A stretch of 63,974 bases of DNA, the filler included, from Acidimicrobiia bacterium (GTDB lineage Bacteria; Actinomycetota; Acidimicrobiia; Spongiisociales; SHLN01), in NCBI GenBank assembly GCA_041619515.1. It is 6 parts of 6 records of this genome, joined end to end, with 100 filler letters (N's around TTAATTAATTAA, not from the genome) between each part and the next. Parts side by side here need not be neighbours in the genome. Positions count along the whole stretch, not along the records: positions 49,018 to 60,769 come from JBFKDW010000087.1; positions 60,870 to 63,974 come from JBFKDW010000139.1; 4 more parts are not named here. One strand, 5' to 3'. The position numbers and the translations under genes were made by a program. Of the stretch, positions 57,411 through 63,974 are shown piece by piece. Within the stretch, counting starts at the first letter, position 1; each line of letters opens with the position of its first letter. Below the pieces are notes generated by a model. The model made no database searches and was not told where the DNA came from. It saw only the letters and a program-made list of their open reading frames with translations.

Positions 57411-58508
57411 TCATGCTCGGCTCAGCTCCACCGCCATGGCGACCATCCTGCCGTACGGCCGGGTTGCGGTCAGCGCCGCTATCCGGCGGCCACCTGCTTC
57501 GATGAGTTGGCGGCGTGGCTCCTGCTCGGTAAGCAGCACGGCGGCCTTCTTGGCGAAGTCGTCCGGGTCGAGCGGATTGAAGAACCATGCTGCGTCGTCG
57601 CAGACGTCGTGAGCGTACGGACGGTCGGCGGTCAGCACCGGCGTGCCGTGAGCCATCGCCTCGAGTTGGGAGAGGCCGACCGTCTCGGTGACCGACGACA
57701 GGCAGACGAGGTCCGACAGCTCGTACGCCTCGGACACTTCGGAAGGGTCGAGGGTCCCGAGTCCGACCACGTGCGGAGCCGAGGCGTACTCGTTGGTGGG
57801 AGGCAGAGACATGAAGAGGGTGGCGCCCGGTAACAGCTCCTGAAGTTTGGGCATCGCTCGAGCCAGCACCCCGAGGTTCTTGTGGGGAAGGTCTGACCCG
57901 ATGTACAGGAGTCTCTTACCGGGAGACACCCGGCGCATCGGCTCGAGAGCCGGAGCGCCCACGGTCGGGGCGGCGGGCCGGGCAGCGGTCGGCATGACGC
58001 TGACGACCCTATCCGGTGGGAGCCGGTGGGCTTCCCGAACCCGCTGCGCCATGGTGGGCGTCTGGACGATCACGAGCTGGGCCGCCCGGCTGGCGGCCCC
58101 CATCACCCACCGCATCACCAGCATGCGAAGACGGGTGGCGGCCGGGAGGGCCCGGAGCGCCTCGTCGGAGTACGGATTCGGCTGCTGGATGAAGACGACG
58201 GTGGGCAGGCTCACACCCCTCACCTGTCCCGTCAGCGAGACGAGAACGTCGGCGTTTCGCCGCCGGGCCCGGCGGCCCGCCACGAGCAGTTTCCAGATCG
58301 ACCGGTAGAGCACAATGCGGCGCGCCAGGGGTTGCTCGATGACGTCGATCCGATCATCGGCTGGAATGTGATACTGGCGAAGGGACGCCGGATCGGCGAA
58401 CACGGTGACCCGCCTGATCCGCGGATCGGCGACGACCTCCTCGAAGAAGGCGGAGGCGACGATGGCCGTTCCCCCCTCCATGCCTACCGCCTCGACAGCC
58501 AGATGCAC
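57411..58508 (-). CDS. Glycosyltransferase family 4
   Basis: PHKNL, ETVGLSQLEAMAHGTPV, F.P.DP. Confidence 0.88.
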   Translation of the reverse strand: MHLAVEAVGMEGGTAIVASAFFEEVVADPRIRRVTVFADPASLRQYHIPADDRIDVIEQPLARRIVLYRSIWKLLVAGRRARRRNADVLVSLTGQVRGVSLPTVVFIQQPNPYSDEALRALPAATRLRMLVMRWVMGAASRAAQLVIVQTPTMAQRVREAHRLPPDRVVSVMPTAARPAAPTVGAPALEPMRRVSPGKRLLYIGSDLPHKNLGVLARAMPKLQELLPGATLFMSLPPTNEYASAPHVVGLGTLDPSEVSEAYELSDLVCLSSVTETVGLSQLEAMAHGTPVLTADRPYAHDVCDDAAWFFNPLDPDDFAKKAAVLLTEQEPRRQLIEAGGRRIAALTATRPYGRMVAMAVELSRA

Positions 58509-58621
58509 CGGTTCTTCCTCTCAGCTGCGACGGCTCGTTCGAGAGGCAATGGTAACGATGCCGACGGAGGGCCGATCCAGCCCGGTTTGGCCGGGCCGGG
58601 CAGCCCGATACGGACGGGCCG

Positions 58622-59524
58622 CTAGCTGCTGCGATGACCATTGCGGCTGTCCAGCCAAATCCGCGTCGCCTCGGTGAGCTCCTGTGCCCTCCGCCTGTCC
58701 GGCTCGGGTGTTTCGTCCATACGCCGGCTGATCCGGTCCCGATCGTACTTACGGGCGAGGTAATCGAACACGGCGGGATCCTGGGAGAGGCGGGCGAAGT
58801 CGAGTATCCGGCGGATCGTCTCGCTCGAGAGGTCGCGGACATCCACCTCCATGTAGCGATCGGGGACCGTCGCTCCGAACCGGGCGGCGGATTCGACGCA
58901 CATGCGCCACTGCACGGCGGCCACTTCGACGATGTCGAGCTCCCGCACCATCTCGGCCAGCCCCGGGATGCGTGGGCCCCACAGGGAGGGGCCGAGCAAC
59001 CGATCCATGCTCGCCGGCGCGGATCTCCTCAGCACATCGGGGCCGTAATAGGCCAGTCGCCGCCAGCCGAGCTCCCCCCACCGCTCGGCGAGTCGGGACC
59101 CACGCTGCGGATTGTGTGTGCGACCCGGCCGCAAACCCTTGGCGTCCTTCCATTTGCGGGCGATCGACAGCACCGATTCGACCGGGTCACGGCGAATGTG
59201 GATGTAGCGGGCGTCCGGGAAGACGACATCGACAAATCCGGGCCGCAGCGAGTTTGCCGGCTGCTTTTCGACGAGCCGCCGCCGGCCCGCTTCGCCAACG
59301 AGCCGGGCGAACTCATCGCGAATGTATTCGACGACCGCGGGTCGGGCGTCTGAGGCCCGCAACATGTCCGACTTGCGGTCGTTTCCATACCGCCACAGGA
59401 ACCGTCGTTCGTTCGCATAGAAGACGTCCGGATGTTCTGAGAGGGTCTCACCGAATACGCTGGTGCCGGACCTCGGCGCCCCCAGGATGATGATCGGCGC
59501 CTCGATGAGGGCGTCGTTACGCAT
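58622..59524 (-). CDS. Sulfotransferase (Sulfotransfer_3-like)
   Basis: PIIILGAPRSGTS, VEKQP.N, FPDARYIHIRRDP...S. Confidence 0.9.
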   Translation of the reverse strand: MRNDALIEAPIIILGAPRSGTSVFGETLSEHPDVFYANERRFLWRYGNDRKSDMLRASDARPAVVEYIRDEFARLVGEAGRRRLVEKQPANSLRPGFVDVVFPDARYIHIRRDPVESVLSIARKWKDAKGLRPGRTHNPQRGSRLAERWGELGWRRLAYYGPDVLRRSAPASMDRLLGPSLWGPRIPGLAEMVRELDIVEVAAVQWRMCVESAARFGATVPDRYMEVDVRDLSSETIRRILDFARLSQDPAVFDYLARKYDRDRISRRMDETPEPDRRRAQELTEATRIWLDSRNGHRSS

Positions 59525-59657
59525 ATGGGGTCACACTACCAGCGCGCTGTCGGTGGCCGGTCCGGTGGCTGCGGCTGTGCGGGTCTACGCGGCCGACGGA
59601 TTCTGTCGGGCACCGGCGTCGATATAGTGCAGGGTCGCATCGAAAGGAACCACCCCG

Positions 59658-60443
59658 GTGAAGATCAAGGAATACGTCGGCCGGGTGGCCGAGAAGTCGG
59701 GCTTCACCGTCGTGCGGGCCCGGGCGATGCGTCAGCGCCGTGAGTCCGACGCCCGCCAGATCGCCACAGCCGTCACTCGTGCGGAGAAGCTTGAGCTGCC
59801 CGACACCGCACACCGCATCCCGCTCCTCGCCGACCTGATCGGCACGACCGTGACCGAGGGCCTCTACATCGTCGCCGGGCTCCACGCCGCCCTGCAATAC
59901 GACGGGGACGTCTGCGAGTTCGGAGTCGCCCAGGGGGCAACGTCGGCCCTGCTGGCCAACGAGCTGCATCCGACGTCGAAGACGCTGTGGCTGTACGACT
60001 CGTTCGAAGGGCTCCCGGCGCCGACGAAGGAAGATGTCCTCATCGACGACGTTTTCGGCCTCGGCTCGATGGGTGCCTACCGGGGCAAGATGGCGTACTC
60101 GGAGGACGTGGTTCGCCATCGCCTCCGGAACCTCCCCACGCCGTTCGACCGGTACCGCCTGGTGAAGGGCTTCTTCAGGAACGAGCCCGCCACTCCCGGA
60201 CCCGATGCGATTTCGTTCGCCTACATCGATTTCGACCTCTACGAGCCGATCCGCGATGCGTTGGCATTCGTTCACCCCCGTCTTCCCACCGGCGCCGTCG
60301 TCATCGTCGACGACTACGGGTATTTCTCCGCCGGCGCCAAGCAGGCCGTCGACGAGTTCGTCAACGCCCATGCGGGTACCTACGAGGCGTTCGTGCCGGA
60401 TACCGCCTACGGGCACTTCTGCGTCCTGACCCGTATTCAGTAG
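59658..60443 (+). CDS. TylF/MycF/NovP-family O-methyltransferase
   Basis: GDVCEFGVAQG, YDSFEGLP, KGFF, IDFDLYE, VDDY. Confidence 0.92.
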   Translation: MKIKEYVGRVAEKSGFTVVRARAMRQRRESDARQIATAVTRAEKLELPDTAHRIPLLADLIGTTVTEGLYIVAGLHAALQYDGDVCEFGVAQGATSALLANELHPTSKTLWLYDSFEGLPAPTKEDVLIDDVFGLGSMGAYRGKMAYSEDVVRHRLRNLPTPFDRYRLVKGFFRNEPATPGPDAISFAYIDFDLYEPIRDALAFVHPRLPTGAVVIVDDYGYFSAGAKQAVDEFVNAHAGTYEAFVPDTAYGHFCVLTRIQ

Positions 60444-60534
60444 GTCCGGCCGGCGCGTCAACGACTCCGCCACCGGCCTCGCCCTGTTTCCGAAGCGGTG
60501 GTGTCGATGAGTCCGGCAGGCCGATTCGAGTCTC

Positions 60535-60769
60535 CTAAATGGGTGGGGTGGTGAGCCCGGCGTCCCAGATCTTGGTGGTGGCGGCTTCGGGGACGATGAC
60601 CGGATCGGACCAGCCGGTGGCAGGGTCGAAGTCACTGTCGCGGGCATCATCGGTGCCCTGATTGGGCAGGGTGAGGGTGAAGCCACCGGGGACGATGATT
60701 CGCAGCCGGTATTCGCCGGGAGCGGCCCGGAACTTATACACCCCCACCGGGTTGGTGGTCACCGACCGC
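60535..60769 (-). CDS. C-terminal SdrD B-like domain of a surface protein (5' truncated)
   Basis: TT...G.Y.F...PGEY....P.G.......G.DD..DSDFD..TG......DAG. Confidence 0.75.
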
Positions 60770-60869
60770 NNNNNNNNNNNNNNNNNNNNNNNNNNNNNNN
60801 NNNNNNNNNNNNNTTAATTAATTAANNNNNNNNNNNNNNNNNNNNNNNNNNNNNNNNNNNNNNNNNNNN
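60770..60869. other. Artificial contig linker
   Basis: N44-TTAATTAATTAA-N44. Confidence 0.98.
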
Positions 60870-61112
60870 CTGGTGCATCTCAGCCGCGAAGGGCGGGTGG
60901 TGATGATCGCCCCCCAGGAAGCCGGCTTTCGCAGCGACGACACCCACGTCGAGTTCATGGACGACTCGGCTCTTCGATCTCTGCTCGAAGGGCACCGGCT
61001 CGACGTCGTAGACGAGTACTCGTTCCCGTTCTTCCGGGCCGCCGGGAGGTATTTCCGCTACAACGAGTTCGTGGCGGTCGGCAGGCGCCGGGCCGAGCCG
61101 GGCACGACATGA
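60870..61112 (+). CDS. C-terminal fragment, probably a class I SAM methyltransferase
   Basis: L...GRVVMI.P......D.THV; ATGA-coupled to the next gene. Confidence 0.55.
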   Translation: MVHLSREGRVVMIAPQEAGFRSDDTHVEFMDDSALRSLLEGHRLDVVDEYSFPFFRAAGRYFRYNEFVAVGRRRAEPGTT

Positions 61113-61705
61113 CCAGCCGAGACTGGGACGCCCGCTACTCGGGCGACGATTTGGTCTGGTCGGCCGACCCCAACCAGTTTCTGGTCTCGGAGGTTGCTGC
61201 GATGGAGCCGGGGCGGGCGCTGGACCTGGCGTGCGGGGAGGGACGCAACGCGGTGTGGCTGGCCGAACTCGGTTGGAACGTCACCGCGGTCGATTTCTCG
61301 CCGGTGGGGATCGACTCGGGCCGGCGGCTGGCAGATCGGGCCGGGGTCACGGTCGACTGGCTGGTGGCAGACCTCACCACCTGGCAGCCTCCCCATGCCG
61401 CCTTCGATCTCGCGATCATCCTGTACCTGCACATCCCGGCTCCCCAGCTTCGGGCCGTGCTGGGTGGCGCCCTGGCCTCTCTGGCGCCGGGTGGCTCGCT
61501 GCTGGTGGTCGGCCATGCCATCCGGAACCTGACGGAGGGCTTCGGAGGGCCGCCGGTGGCCGAGCTGCTCTACGACCCGGCGCAGATCGCCGGTGAACTG
61601 GGCGGACTCATCATGGAACGGGCCGAAGAGGTGGAACGGCCGGTGCTCGACAATGGGGTGACCCGCGTCGCCATCGACGCCCTGGTGCGGGCCCGGCGGG
61701 CCTAG
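61109..61705 (+). CDS. Class I SAM-dependent methyltransferase
   Basis: WDARY, PGRALDLACGEGRNAVWLA, VDFS, LAPGG.LLVVGH. Confidence 0.93.
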   Translation: MTSRDWDARYSGDDLVWSADPNQFLVSEVAAMEPGRALDLACGEGRNAVWLAELGWNVTAVDFSPVGIDSGRRLADRAGVTVDWLVADLTTWQPPHAAFDLAIILYLHIPAPQLRAVLGGALASLAPGGSLLVVGHAIRNLTEGFGGPPVAELLYDPAQIAGELGGLIMERAEEVERPVLDNGVTRVAIDALVRARRA

Positions 61706-62787
61706 TCCTCGTCGGTCGGCTCGGGCGCGGTGCCCACGATGTGGGGAGAAGGCTCCGCCTGCTCCGGCGGCCGGTTGAACAGGTAGTAGGCGCCGGCCAG
61801 CAGGAGAAACGCGCCGATCGCCCACAATGCGATCGGTGCGGTCGTGCGTCCCAGGCGCAGCTGGCCTCCGTACTCGTCGGCGTCGTCAACCGCCGCCTGC
61901 AGCGACTCCTCGGTCGGGGCGTAGTTGAGGTTGTACACCACGACCGGATCGAGGTCGACCCCCGGGAGCTCGACCACCGCCTTGCGGACATCGTTCTTGT
62001 TGATGTCGATGAGGACGCCGGTGTCGGGGTCGACCCAGTAGCGAGCGGAGAACTCATAGGTGTAGCTGAGGGGGATCTCGTCGGGCAGCAGCGGCAGCAG
62101 GGTGTCGAGCGCGCCGATGATTTCGTCGGGGAGGTTCAGCAGCGGTGCCAGCGAGGGAACGGCCGCCTTGGGAAGGGCATCCGGGAACTCCGCCAGCGTG
62201 CCGGCATCCACGATCGGAAGCGGGCCCGACTCCGCAGTGAACACATAGGTCTCGCGACCCTCCCGCTCTTCGCGTCCGGCGTATTCGAGGGTGACGGTTT
62301 GGGCGGGGTCACCGTTCCAGCCGACGTAATCGCGGGCTTCGGTGTCGATCGGGAAGCCGACTACCAGGCCCTCACGGGGCAGGACGAGGCCATTGTCGGT
62401 GAAGTTGTCGATCGACTCCATGCTGACCCGGTCGATCGTGTAGAAGTCATCGGACCCGGTGAGACGGGCGCCGGCGATGGGAGTTCCCGGCGCCGCCACG
62501 AGGTTGGCGGTGTCCTGGACGAGGGCCTTGTCGCCGTCGACTTCGACCACCTTCACCGTCCGGTCGGAAATTACCGGCAAGCCTGTGAAGAAGAGGGGGT
62601 TGCCCGAAGGGTTTTCGAGCTCGGCGCGGTTGAGGATGTCGACGGTTCCCGCATAGGTGCGGGTCGAATCGACATCATCCGGGAACTTTGCCAGGCCGGG
62701 CACGACGACGAAACGAAGCACCAGGCCGGCGATGATGGCGAGAGCGCCCAAACCCAGCAAGAGCTTCGCACCCATTTTGTTCTTCAT
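61702..62787 (-). CDS. DUF3068 (PorA-like) membrane protein
   Basis: N- and C-terminal TMs; EGL...FP..TE...Y..W and YWVDPDTG motifs. Confidence 0.85.
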   Translation of the reverse strand: MKNKMGAKLLLGLGALAIIAGLVLRFVVVPGLAKFPDDVDSTRTYAGTVDILNRAELENPSGNPLFFTGLPVISDRTVKVVEVDGDKALVQDTANLVAAPGTPIAGARLTGSDDFYTIDRVSMESIDNFTDNGLVLPREGLVVGFPIDTEARDYVGWNGDPAQTVTLEYAGREEREGRETYVFTAESGPLPIVDAGTLAEFPDALPKAAVPSLAPLLNLPDEIIGALDTLLPLLPDEIPLSYTYEFSARYWVDPDTGVLIDINKNDVRKAVVELPGVDLDPVVVYNLNYAPTEESLQAAVDDADEYGGQLRLGRTTAPIALWAIGAFLLLAGAYYLFNRPPEQAEPSPHIVGTAPEPTDED

Positions 62788-62912
62788 TGGCAGGACCCTC
62801 CGTCTCGGACTGTCGAGCATAGACGCCCAACCAGGGCGACGTCCACGCCCACGCCCGGGCGCGTCGGGCGCAGACCGAGCGGGCTCGCCGGGAGGCCCGG
62901 TACTCTCCGGCT

Positions 62913-63557
62913 GTGCACCCACTCGAACAGTCCCTGATTCTCACCGTGAAGTGGTTGCTGCCGGCGCTGGCCGCCTCGCCGATACTGCTAGCCGTTCCGC
63001 AGCCGGATCGCCCGCTCGGGTTGTTCACGGCCCAGCTGACGCTCCTCGTGGTGTTCGGCGTGGCGTTGGCGGTGAACCTGGCTCGCTTTGTTCTCTCCGA
63101 GAACTGGTTCGGGTCGCGGCGATGGCCGGCGAGCCGGCGCCGCCTGGCCGCCGCCTGCACGCTGGTGGCGCTCGACGCCGGGGCTGTTGCGCTGCTCACC
63201 CTCGCCTCATCCGCCGCCCTGCGGCTCGAGCCGTCGCTGCAGTTCCTCCAGCTCTTGTCGGCACTCGACATCGCCGGGGCAGGCACCGCCATCGCCCTCG
63301 GCGCATTCCTGCGCTGGCGAACCCGCCTGGCGGCGGCGCTGGGAGGAGCGGTGCTGGGCGCAGTCTGCATCCTGGCGGCGTGGCGCTACCTGGATATCGT
63401 CGGGTTCACGGCCACCGGGGGCTGGAAGGTGTCGGCCTCAGACCTGATGCGCTACGTGATACCGGTCGACATGGTCGCCGCCATTGCCGCAGTTGCCATG
63501 CTGTGGGTGGGAGCTCACACCGGTTTGCGCACCGAGCACGAGAGACTCCAGTCGTAG
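62913..63557 (+). CDS. Hypothetical multi-TM membrane protein
   Basis: About 6 hydrophobic segments; PSLQFLQLLSALDIA. Confidence 0.7.
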   Translation: MHPLEQSLILTVKWLLPALAASPILLAVPQPDRPLGLFTAQLTLLVVFGVALAVNLARFVLSENWFGSRRWPASRRRLAAACTLVALDAGAVALLTLASSAALRLEPSLQFLQLLSALDIAGAGTAIALGAFLRWRTRLAAALGGAVLGAVCILAAWRYLDIVGFTATGGWKVSASDLMRYVIPVDMVAAIAAVAMLWVGAHTGLRTEHERLQS

Positions 63558-63974
63558 GGCTGAAAGCGGATCTGGCGCCGGCCCGACGCCAGCCATCGCT
63601 CGATCTCCTCCGGCAGCCACGGCGAGATGGCGGCGGTCAATCGCCTCCTGCCGGCCGGGAGAAATGTGGGCATTCGCCGGGGCCGGACGAAGTCCCCGCC
63701 GTACCAAAGGAAGACCCGGCTCAGAAGCAGCGTGTCGCCTTCGACAACGGCTGCCCCTGCCGCCAGGAACGAGCGAAACTGATCATCGAGCTGCATCTCG
63801 AGCCGATCCCCGACGAAAGGCTCGTACCGTAGGGTGGGACACGACGCAGCTCCGCAAACGAGCGCCGCGTGGATGCGCGGATCCTTGAAGCGGCGGATCT
63901 TCCCATGCTCGATGTCGTCGAGGCTCAGGGCCGTGCCCGCCACGGTTGCGTACTCTCGGGTGAACGCTCCGGGC
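63515..63974 (-). CDS. DUF547 domain protein (runs off the window edge)
   Basis: SLDDIEH..IR, DPRIHAALVCGAASCP, LSRVF.WY..DF, YDWSL. Confidence 0.9.
   Translation of the reverse strand, partial: PGAFTREYATVAGTALSLDDIEHGKIRRFKDPRIHAALVCGAASCPTLRYEPFVGDRLEMQLDDQFRSFLAAGAAVVEGDTLLLSRVFLWYGGDFVRPRRMPTFLPAGRRRLTAAISPWLPEEIERWLASGRRQIRFQPYDWSLSCSVRKPV

Noticed and set aside
12531..60869. Five identical TTAATTAATTAA palindromes flanked by Ns, roughly 12 kb apart
   Set aside because: Artificial six-frame-stop spacers joining contigs. The complete contigs decrease in length (12248, 11933, 11906, 11752 nt), i.e. they are size-sorted, so neither the periodicity nor cross-gap neighbourhoods are biological.

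Overview
High-GC actinobacterial sequence. Gene content (Bpa proteasome activator, DUF3263, DUF222-HNH, DUF3068, CGNR protein, many leaderless promoters) suggests an Acidimicrobiia-like metagenome assembly; this is inference. The window is six unrelated contigs joined by artificial 100-nt N44-TTAATTAATTAA-N44 linkers at 12531, 24879, 36912, 48918 and 60770, so adjacency across linkers means nothing. Most of it is housekeeping: ask-asd, cyclophilin, mce, tRNA-Thr(UGU), acs, gltB, dnaE2, fadD, malQ, bpa. The highlights are: (1) a three-gene operon encoding an LPxTG Ig-repeat surface protein, a cytoplasmic LCAT/PGAP1-like lipase, and a 1305-aa membrane-spanning NLR/STAND-type protein (papain/transglutaminase-like domain, NB-ARC, TPR, TM, extracellular Ig/ASH repeats), with a SLATT gene nearby, a candidate trans-envelope sensing/conflict system; (2) a Wzx/Wzy polysaccharide locus with gmd, five sulfotransferases and a TylF O-methyltransferase; (3) a SigB/SigF-type stress cluster with three matching promoters and an unannotated 19-aa membrane microprotein; (4) two DNA-damage promoters, a perfect LexA box before dnaE2 and a PafBC/RecA-NDp-like motif before a DUF222-HNH gene with a mirrored G/T-to-C/A skew. 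All family calls come from motif recognition by eye; no database search was run.
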